From positions 3,472,001 to 3,536,000 of the forward strand of contig JANJGN010000036.1 of the NCBI GenBank assembly GCA_026770705.1: a DNA stretch of 64,000 bases. The letters run 5' to 3'. This document shows, one piece after another, positions 27,441-36,772 of this stretch (position 1 is the stretch's first letter; each line of letters begins with the position of its first letter). Made by a program: the position numbers and the translations under genes. Below the pieces are notes generated by a model. It was not told where the DNA came from. It saw nothing but the letters and a program-made list of their open reading frames with translations, and ran no database searches. The stretch comes from Isurus oxyrinchus (lineage: Eukaryota).

Positions 27441-28029
27441 AAAACGCCAAGAATTCAGAGTGCTATGTGATAATACTCAATATTATCTATTCTGTAACCA
27501 GGTTGTACAGGATTCGTGATACATTCTGGTTAACACAGAGACTGGAATATATTGGATGAAATGTATGTGGAGTAATTTAAATTTTAATTGCAAGTATCTT
27601 ATGCAATATGCACAAATTACGCAGAGGCCTAGAGTGGAATTCTAATGCAACAAACAGGGTCACTCACTGCACGTATCGAGAATCTAAATGAACGTATCTC
27701 TTTCGAATTCACTTCTGCTCCTTAAAATGTTCGTGCATCGTCCTCCTTTCTGTTAAGTCACATTGAGTAGGTTTTCGGACTGACTTATTTTATTATATAA
27801 AGCGCCATGGGGGGTTACCGTGAATTCAGTTCAATGTTCAGTTCTGAGTTCTTTGTTGAATTCTAATTACCAATGACTTGAGTGATAGGTCCCGTGAAGA
27901 GAGTTTCAAACAATAATACATCTTTCACTTTGCATTGTTATCTAAGCGCGTTTACAGCAGTTCAATGGAAAATTCACTGCACAGTTATGAATTTGACGTT
28001 GTCGTTAAGCTGCTTTGATGTTGAAGTTT

Positions 28030-29070
28030 ACAGAGTTACACAGAACGTACAGCACAGAAACAGGCCATTCGACCCGAATACTTGTGCTTGTGTTTATGGT
28101 CTGCACGAGCCTTCTCCCACCCTCTCTTCATCTCAGCCCAACAACATTTCCTTTTATTCCTTTCTCCCGCATTTGTTTATCCAGCTGCCAAATGAAACGC
28201 ATCTCTGAAATAGACTGAAACACTGCCTGTGGGAGCGGGTTCCACAATCTCCCCAGGGTAAAGATGTTTCCCCTGAATTTCAGACTGGGTTTATCTCATA
28301 TTGATGACCACTCGTTACGAAGGGCGATAGGAACACAGGAGCAGGATTAGACCATTGGGCCATTCGACACTGCTCCACCATTCAATAAGATTATGGCCGA
28401 TCTGGTTGTGGCCTCAACTCCACTATACTGTCTGTCGCCCATAGGCCTTGACTCCCTTGCCTAACAAAAACCTGTCCGTCACGGGGCCTTGAATAAATTC
28501 AAGGACCCATCTGCGACTACTTTCTGGGGAAGAGAATACCCACACATGGGTGACCCATTGGGTGAAAACAAATCTCGTTATCTCTGTCTTATAAAGGAGA
28601 CCTCTTTTTTGATCGATGTCCAGAGATTTGGCTACAACAAGAAGCACCCTCGGGGTATCCGCCCTATCAAGGCCCCTCAGGAACCTATATTTTTCAATAC
28701 GATCAACTTTCATTCCTCTAAACCCCAAATGGAATTCCTGAATTCTTGATTGATGACCAATATTTTTGAAATCCTGCAGAATTAGAGCCAGCTTCCCTAC
28801 GGCTGCCTAAATGAACCATTTCATAATTGTAAAAACCTCGATCAGGTCGTCCCTCAGTTTCTCACCCCCACTCCCCAAAACACTTTTTAGAGAAACGAGC
28901 CCCAGCCGGTTCTTTCCTTCCTGTTATTTATAAGCTCTTAGTTCTGGTATCATCCTTGTGAAATATTAACTGCACCTTTATCAATATCTCTGTATCTGAA
29001 TATGGAGAATATTTTTCGAATATGCGGGACTGTGTTCTGTACTCCAAGTGTAGTCTAACTAATGTGAATA
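28030..29070 (-). mobile_element. Nested, decayed CR1-type LINE 3' fragments between genes A and B
   Basis: Typical CR1 3'-end text (AGAAACAGGCCATTCGACCC, CCACCATTCAATAAGATTATGGC, GTACTCCAAGTGTAGTCTAAC). The minus ORF 28423..28728 resembles a CR1 ORF2 tail. Confidence 0.6.
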
Positions 29071-29130
29071 CATACCTGGTGTATTTTGGAAATCAGATGA
29101 TGCGTGCGCGACAGCACTTTGACCTGCGCT

Positions 29131-29146
29131 AAACAGGAAAACCACA
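29131..29146 (+). promoter_or_regulatory. Candidate ETS+RUNX composite site upstream of gene A
   Basis: AAACAGGAAAACCACA, i.e. a CAGGAA core overlapping AACCACA, about 180 bp upstream of the ATG. Confidence 0.45.
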
Positions 29147-29319
29147 GAGAGCTGTCTACCTCGGCACTATTTTCTAATCCCTATCGTGTATCTAATAATA
29201 AACATAGAACGCCATTCAGGCTGTTTATTTCACACCTCCTTCGCACCGAAAGAACGAGAGCGAGTTCTCAGTGAGATTCGGATCGGGGCTCAGTGTCTGA
29301 CCGCCTGCAGTCAGGGACA

Positions 29320-29362
29320 ATGAGCTACCTCGGTGTGTGTGCATTGTCCCATCTCTTCCAGG
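29320..29362 (+). CDS. Gene A exon 1, signal-peptide exon (MSYLGVCALSHLFQ)
   Basis: ATG at 29320, 14 codons + 1 nt, then donor CAGG|GTAAG. The phase-1 junction continues in frame into exon 2 (V-I-V-S-H-R...). Confidence 0.75.
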
Positions 29363-32300
29363 GTAAGATATCCTAACATTTTCAGATAGAGTGAAGGAGG
29401 GTTGGAATAGAGTAAATAAGGAGAAAATCGATCCACTGGAAGGAGGGTCGGTAACCAGAGGTACACAGATTGAGGAGAGGAGAGCGTTTCAGGTAAATCA
29501 TTAGAGAAAGTTATAATTTCTTGAACAAAATAGAATGCACAACGTCAGCGGAAAATAAGAAATAGCCAAGGGTGAATGAGAGAAAAGTAATATTTGGGAA
29601 TTTTATATCATTAACTTCAGGCAGTTCCCACGTACGTGCCCCCGTGATTAAAACCGATTTGCTGGTGAATGGACTCGTACAGTGCCTTTGGAAAGAGCGG
29701 GGAAAACAATGCAAACCATCGCTTAGTCAGCCCGATTTTAATTGTGTGCGGGTGCAATTTTCCGATAAAGACTATTTTTAAATAAACGATTCTGCATCCT
29801 CCATATTGGGGTGCTATTCGCCGGTGTCTGTCTTCGGGGGAGATGGGTTGGGGGTGCGGGGTGAGGGGCTGCACAATACCCTGAGATGTATCTTATTTTT
29901 TTTTTCTCTCTTGCTCAGTTATTGTGTCTCATCGTCTCTTGTCCCAGTCTCCGCCGGTTCAGACAGTCACTGCAGGGAGTCGCGCTAAACTGAGCTGCCA
30001 CACCGATAGGTCCCAACCTGGGCTCATCTTCTGGTACAGACAGCGGCAGCGAAACGACATGAAGCTGGTTTACACAGCGCACAAGCTCATCCCAGCAGAT
30101 GGGAGGTTTTCCCGCGAGATTTCTGACAAAACGGGTTATTATTCACTGGTCATTGCGGATACCCGGAGAAATGACTCTGGAATGTATTACTGTGCCATCC
30201 GCAATTACCAGAACAGGGCCTTAATATTCGGAAATGGATCCCAGTTAATGATTACAGGTAAATTTCGTCATTATTCCATCGCTTTTGGCACTTCTACAGC
30301 AATTAAAAGCCTCTGGTGTCAACTATTAATCGTTTGTCTGTTTCATTTGCCAAATTTAGGGGACTTCCCGACCATTTTCCTCCTCACATCGCCAGAGGAT
30401 GAGATTCCTTCGATGGAAAGGGTCCTGTTGTGTTTGATCAGAGGCTTGTCTCCCGATTATTTTTCCGTCCGCTGGAATATTTCTGGGCGGGGTACCGAGG
30501 GAAAGGCCGATTCTGGGACAATTGAGTCGGACGGGACCTACACCATCAAGAGTTACACCAGCCTCTCGGCGGAAACTTGGAGCAGCGGCGCTCTCTGTAC
30601 TTGCGCCGTTCAAATCAACTCCAGTGAAAATCTTCTCAGTGCAAGTGTCGCATCTCAGAGAGGTAGCTGCTAACAGTGACCGTTTACCAATCTATTTATT
30701 GCTGATGGGAGGCTTTGACAATTTTGTAAATTAGAATTGTACATCTTTCCGTGTGAGTCCATGCATCACCATTTTATAATTGACCTATCACAGATATCTC
30801 AATGTTTCGGAGTTTAGCTTTCTGAAATTTTAACTCCATCTGTTCTCGCTACCCCAGCGAGCTAGGGTTGCTCAGTCACTGAGCTAGATAATTGTACACT
30901 AAGGGAATATGGGATCCGGGCACTGTGGGTAATGTGAAGTTGATGTACAATATTAGTCATGGTCTTATTGATCGGCGGATACCCTTCAGGGATCGAAACA
31001 TCTCCTGCTCCTCTTTCTTGTGTTCTTGTGTTTGGCTCGGCATGTTGACATGGTTGCATGCCAGTGGACGACTTGTCAATGTGTATAATTGTAAGGTTTG
31101 ATTGCAGTGCCAGCGTACCACTCGGTCTCACTATGCCTGTGTACAATTACCTATTCATCTCTCTATCTACTTAACATCACAATATTTATGTCAGTCTTAG
31201 TTAAATAATGAGGTATAAGGTAAAAACAAAAACCAGCTTATATTTCAACTCTTTCTTGGACTCGAACTCAAGTTCTGTCGAAGGGTCATGAGGACTCAAA
31301 ACGTCAACTCTTTTCTTCTCTGCCGATGCTGCCAGACCTGCTGAGTTTTTCCAGGTAATTCTGTTTTTGTAATGAGGTATAAGGTATCTTCTCCACCTGT
31401 GTGTCTGTCTGTTTATCTGTCTTTCCATCTGTCTCGCTCTCTATCAATCAATCCATTTCTGTCCTACTGCTGTCTAAGATATCTGTTTTCCTATTTTTCT
31501 GCCTCTCTACCTGGCTGTCTCTGTCTCTGAAACGATCTCTCTACAACTCCCATTCTTTCTCTCCCTATCTCTCACAGTCCCTCTCGCTTTTTGTCTATTA
31601 CTTTTTCCCTGTCTCGCACTCTGGCTTTTTGCTTTGAAACATGTATTGAACTCTCTATCTATCTCACTCTCCTTTTGTTTATGTTCTCTATTTCTATCCT
31701 AGTTAAATGGTGCATTATAAAACATCTGGGACATTCATCTATCTTTCTATCCCTCGATCTGTCTCCATACCTCTCTCTGTTTCCCTCTGTCAGCATCTTG
31801 CTCTCTGCCTCTCTCTTTCTCTTTGCCTCTATCTCGCTCTTTCTATCCTTTTCCATTCAGTTAAACCGTTCAGTGTTAGATTGTTGATTTATCTGTCACT
31901 CTCTTGACCTCTCTGACTCTATCTTTCTATTTAACTCTCAATCCATCTTTCCACCCATTTCTCCATCCATCTCTCCACTCTTCTCTCCATCTCTCCACCA
32001 TCACTCCACCGCCTCCCCTGCCCCCCTCCTTATCTCCCCCATCTCTCCAACCCCTCCTCTCTCACACTCTCCCTCCCTATCATTCTGGTTGTCTCGGATC
32101 TCTCCGTCTCTCATACACTCTCCCCATCACTCCTTCACTCCTCATTTCTACCTCCCTGTCTCTCCTTAACTCTCCCTCTCTCAAGGTCTCCGTCTCCCCT
32201 ATCTACCATTTCTCGCTCTCTCTCACTCTCTCCCCAAATGTCCTTTACCCCAGCATCTCTCCCTCTCTCCCCATATCTCCCTTTCATCCTGTCTCTTAAT

Positions 32301-34232
32301 CATTTCTCCGTTTCTCACCATCTTTCCTCTCTCGATCTCTAATCCCTTTTATCCCCGTTACCCTCCTCTCCACCTCTCCAACTATGTATCTCTTTTTTCA
32401 ACCTAGTTGAACAGTTTTGTATCAGTGACCTACTCTCTCGAACACTGTCCATTTCTCTCCGGTTTAACATTTCTGTGCTATTAAAACAGAGTTCCAACCA
32501 TTTTTCTCTGTCATTCGCCCTCCATCTCTCTCTTGTTATCTCCCTATGTTTCAACGATTTAAATAGTGCTCCATAAGATCGTTGTTCTCTCTCTCTCTCT
32601 CGTTTTCCCTCTCTCTATTTCTGTCTCCGATTAACAGTGCTCTATCTATTACTCTGTCTCTCAGTGTTCTATTCAAACAGGGCTAAATATGATATCTGCT
32701 CTCACTTGCTGTCAATATGTCATTTCTTCCGTTCTCCCTTCTGCCTCTTTCTTTCTCTTCCAACTACTGTCCGGTCTCAGCATTTTTCTATAAGATCTCT
32801 GCTCAATTTCAGGAAGATGAAATATGGAAAAATCTATTTCAGTTTTCGGGTGAAATCGCAAATTCAGGTTTGTCATTTTTTTCACTTGTTTTATTAATTC
32901 CACAAAATGTATTTTCAATGAAAGCTTTTTTGCAGATTCTCCGCTACCGACCACCTGCAGTTTTCCGCTTTTATGGAGTTTGTCGGCGGCGGCACTCTCG
33001 TTCTGGGGATGATCCTTATGGCCGGGGAAAGGAGCTGCAGGAACCAGCAGGCAGGTAGAGATTGTTGGGGGGACGCTGTAACTCCGCGGTGCTCTCAATA
33101 CATCCGTTTCTCAATGCGCTCTTGACACTTTCAGCCGGTTCAGTGGGAAATGGAGCCATTTATGTTCAATGTGAAATGTAGCCATTGACGCTCAGTTCAA
33201 ATTTACTTTCTAACAGGCAACATGAACAATGATCAGGAACTTACAGACTCCAGAGCACACCGACAGAATGAAGAGGTAAAAGAATGGAATTGTTGTTGCC
33301 ACCACACGTGAATGCGTTTCACTAATTTTTTATCTAAGCTTTAAAATTCATCATTATTATTGTAAGAGTCAGGAAAACATTGCGTAATGTGTATTGCAGG
33401 ATGGAAGAAATTAGGCTTCAATCCATCTCGTGGGGGAGATTGAGAGTTAATCCAATTGAGCGGTTTAAGGTAATAAAAGGACACAACAGTGTCAATAGAG
33501 AGAAGTTATCTGCTCCGGTGGCGAGGAGGGGTGGGTGCAGATTGGTACAGGGAGTAGCGTGAGGTTGGGATGGGGTGGAGGGGGGAGGGTCGGCGTTGGT
33601 GGCTAGATTCCAGGGCTCAGAACCTTAAAATTAGAGCCAGGTCATTCTCGGCTGATGTCAGGAAACCTGGAATTCTCTCCCCTCAAAACCTGTTGTGGTG
33701 AGGTGCCAACTGGAAATGTCAAAATTGTGATTGACAGATTTTTGTTGGGTACAGGGATTAAGGATCAAGGAACCAAGGTGGGTAGACAGGAGTTATGGTA
33801 CAGATACGCCATGACCTAACTGAATAGACTTGAGAGGCCGAATGTCCCCCTCCTATCCCTATGATGATGGTGTTTGTTATATTTATATATTCGGTTATTA
33901 CTGTTTCTCCACAGACACTTTATGCCCGCTTGGCTTTAAGGAGAATCCCAAACTCAGATTGGAGAGGAAAGAGGGAGAGTGCTCACAGTCTGCTTCCCGA
34001 ACATGACGTGTTCTGGAACGTTTTGTCTGTTCAGCAGGACAGTCCGAAATTCCAACCGGCACAAATTCAGACGCATTCTCGGCACAATTTTGTGATTTCG
34101 CCCATAGGGGACCTGGAACTATCACTTAATGCCCGCTATTCTAACGATGAAATATCGCCTGCAATTCCACTCCAGACTCTGCAGGTTTCTGTTATTTTAT
34201 TATTGAATTCTGCACCTTTATACAGTATGTGA
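29320..34232 (+). CDS. Gene A: non-rearranging antigen-receptor-like IgSF gene (leader-VJ-C1-TM-cytoplasmic), PRARP/VJC1-like; 6 exons, TM exon carries a 1-nt frameshift
   Basis: Exons 29320-29362, 29919-30257, 30360-30662, 32936-33054, 33217-33275 and 33915-34232 are joined by GT-AG introns with phases 1,1,1,1,0. V-set motifs are LSC, FWYRQ, DSGMYYC and FGNGS. C1-set motifs are LLCLIRG, VRWN, DGTYT and W..G..CTC. Confidence 0.85.
29919..30257 (+). CDS. Gene A exon 2, germline-joined V-J Ig domain
   Basis: Polypyrimidine tract + CAG acceptor. Translates LSQSPPVQTVTAGSRAKLSC...IFWYRQ...YSLVIADTRRNDSGMYYCAIRNYQNRALIFGNGSQLMIT, ending at donor G|GTAAAT. There is no RSS heptamer between YYC and FGxG. 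Confidence 0.92.
30360..30662 (+). CDS. Gene A exon 3, C1-set constant domain
   Basis: TTTAG acceptor. Translates GDFPTIFLLTSP...VLLCLIRGLSPDYFSVRWNISG...DGTYTIKSYTSLSAETWSSGALCTCAVQ...SVASQR, ending at donor AG|GTAGCT. Read-through adds GSC* (stop ends 30673). Confidence 0.9.
31223..31369. mobile_element. Short Penelope-type repeat insertion with 17-bp TSD
   Basis: TAATGAGGTATAAGGTA at 31206-31222 and 31370-31386. The internal sequence is near-identical to 36803-36945 (inverted) and 50336-50460. Confidence 0.75.
31390..32780. repeat. CT-rich low-complexity tract in gene A C1-TM intron
   Basis: Direct reading. Confidence 0.8.
32936..33054 (+). CDS. Gene A exon 4, stalk + transmembrane exon (119 nt, 1 nt short)
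   Basis: Acceptor TTTTTTGCAG. As written it reads DSPLPTTCSFPLLWSLSAAALSFWG* (TGA 33010-33012). Adding one base near 32997 gives ...SAAALLVLGMILMAGERSCRNQQA and restores phase at donor G|GTAGAG. Confidence 0.7.
33217..33275 (+). CDS. Gene A exon 5, cytoplasmic (GNMNNDQELTDSRAHRQNEE)
   Basis: Acceptor CTTTCTAACAG, open frame, phase 1 to phase 0, donor GAG|GTAAAA. Confidence 0.65.
33380..33862 (+). mobile_element. Decayed CR1 3' fragment in gene A intron 5
   Basis: AGATTGAGAGTTAATCCAATTGAG...TTAAAATTAGAGCCAGG...GACAGATTTTTGTTGGG...GGCCGAATGTCCCCCTCCT. Confidence 0.55.
33915..34232 (+). CDS. Gene A last exon, starts with ITIM/ITSM-like TLYARL
   Basis: Acceptor TTTCTCCACAG, phase 0, in frame with ORF 33861..34232. 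The 3' extent is uncertain. Confidence 0.6.
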   Translation, partial: TLYARLALRRIPNSDWRGKRESAHSLLPEHDVFWNVLSVQQDSPKFQPAQIQTHSRHNFVISPIGDLELSLNARYSNDEISPAIPLQTLQVSVILLLNSAPLYSM

Positions 34233-36772
34233 GCAACAAACTATTCAAATAGGTTTTGCCATGTATCTGTGCTCGAGTTACCTACATATTAAAACAAATT
34301 TGAAAACCAATGACTGCACTGTGATTCGAGTTTTTTTTTTAATGATTCAGACCACATGCACCCAGGGTATCTCTGAAGACAATTAACAAAGTCATTTATA
34401 GAGTGAATGTAAGGAAGATAGAGGTAAGGTTAAGGGATTTGGGCTGCTTTGAAATGAAATCTGCAGTGTTATTGGACCCCGAGCCTACACTGGTTGTGTC
34501 CAAGGAGTGAACAGCGTTATATTTTCTTTTGAAAGAAGAATATTGGCAATCAATACGCCCTTTTGACAATACAGCTGAGTGGATTTTACCGACATAAATC
34601 ACTAGTTTGCAGACACTTAAAGCACTGCAAGAGGCCATTTGGCCCTTCACCCAGGGCCAGCTCTTTGAATGCGCACCTTCGTCCCATACACTAAATGTCT
34701 CCTCATGACCCTTAGAATTAGTCCTCTTCTAGTAAACCTACCAGTAAATGTTACATCTATCACGCTTACATACAACTCATCCACTGTGACTGAAAGCAGC
34801 TTGCTGGTGATGTTAATAATTCAGAAGCGTGAAATCAATTCTCACATCACAGTAGAAGATTAGTCAAACCCGTACCTAAGTTTGAGATGCTATTTCAATG
34901 GGATGGTGTGATATATTTCCAAGACAAATTTAATGTCATAACTATTAAAAAGCTGGCCTGGAAACCCTTGATGTGCTGATTACTGGATAATTTTGCTGGT
35001 GATTAAAATCTGATCCGCAGAACCCCTTGTGATTACTGTTCCGAACGGATGGAAACATTCTCGAATCAGCACCGGCTTACTCTAATGTAAAGAGACATTC
35101 TGCACATATACTTCGAGTGTATTTGGGGACACTTATTACAGGAAGTAGATGGAAAAGGGCATTCTGCTAAGCACAGTTCATACATCCAGCAAGGTGTTGT
35201 CCTTCTCTACCTGCAGGAAAACAACCGTTTCTTAAAAGAAAAAAAAATATGGGTTTCACAACCGCCTCCCTATTGTCCCTAAGCAGAGAACCAATCTTAA
35301 TGCTGATCACTCACTGTGTCATGGACCTCCAGGCAACAGTCCTCTCAATATCCCTGAATGACTAATCCGACAGGCGCTTTGGAGAAGGAGATGACAATTC
35401 AGTTCCTCTTCTGGATTCGACCTGGCATTCAATCGGATGATGGCTGAAGTTAGGAAACAGCGATAGTTTAAGTAAGTTACATGTGTATTTGGGTGTGTTA
35501 AATCGATACGGTTTACCATTAAGTTTAATTTTTATTCATACTGTTTTCTATTTGTGGATTGAAAGGTGCAACCTGGGATCTGCTTCGATTTTTGAGTGTA
35601 GGCAGCAGGTTTAAAGCTCTGTTGGTATACCTGCATTTCTAATGGTTTTTATGACTCTTGAAGAGAAGGCAAATCAAACACAAGAGCAGAAAATGATTGT
35701 GCTGCAACCGAGATGTAGAGAGGGTGGCCCTACTCATACAGTCATACACACACATACATACACACAGACATATATAGAGAGAAAAAAAAGCAGCAGTCTG
35801 AGTTCACTTGAAAACAGCAGCCAGTGAGAGGCTGGAGAGCAGAGGGACAGAGAGCAAGCCCAAAAGCGAAGCTCAGTCATTGTGTATGTTTAAGGTGAAG
35901 ATTGATATTTTTTCTGATTAACAGTTAACTAAATGGAGATGGAGATTGTCTGGGTAAAATGCATTGTCATGTTCGATCAGCTATGATCATAGCGATTAGA
36001 GGAGGAGGCTCGACGGCCTGAATGGCCTTCTCCTGTTCCTATATTCCTATGGGAGGAGGATCATGTAGAGGTGAACGAACGGCACAGAGCAGGCGGTCTT
36101 AGCTCTCTGATCCACAGGAGTAATTCTGACAGAACGAGAGAGGTGGGGAGAGCGATTCTGAGTAAAACAGCTACTAAAACATTACCATCTGATTCCAGGT
36201 TTCTTCAATCTGGTGTGCTTCTGTTGAGACCAGAAGAAATTAATCTGTTCGCGATTAATTAAACAGAACACTAATAATTAATGTTTTTTTTTTCCCGCCT
36301 TCACGCGAATATCATAAACAGCAATGTTGTTGAATTCGGCATCATTATCTTTTGACCTCAGTTTGACCCAGTCTGGACTGCGCACCGCCTGTGACGCGTG
36401 TTTTCCACGATCTGTCGCGTGTTGTCCTTTGCAGGCAGAGCCGTGTGTGGTCTCCGAAGCTACAAACAGGAAACACTCAGCTAAAACTTACACCGCGCTG
36501 CATTTTCCAGTGAGTGGAAATGTGTGTGCGCGGGCCGGGGGCGGAGGTGGAGGGAGGGGGGCTGCGGGTTTAACCCCTGTGTCCCTGGGGCCCATGTTTA
36601 TCCCGCGAACAAAATCATGAAAGACATGATCTGTGTCACAAACACATTCTTATTTGTGGGCCTTGCTCTGCGCAGTTACCGCTGCCGCACTGTTCTAGCC
36701 GCTTCTTCATAGGAAGAATTTTCTTTCTCCCGGTCATAACAGAACCCAGGATGTTGACTTTGTACCTCTCAG

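Noticed and set aside
29924-30673. 249-aa ORF taken as a single-exon immunoglobulin light chain
   Set aside because: It starts at an internal GTG and reads through a 102-nt GT-AG intron. A separate leader exon and downstream TM/tail exons exist, and there is no octamer promoter.
35312-35318. CACTGTG heptamer downstream of gene A as a possible RSS
   Set aside because: No spaced nonamer or adjacent J-like FGxG segment was seen; isolated heptamers are expected by chance.
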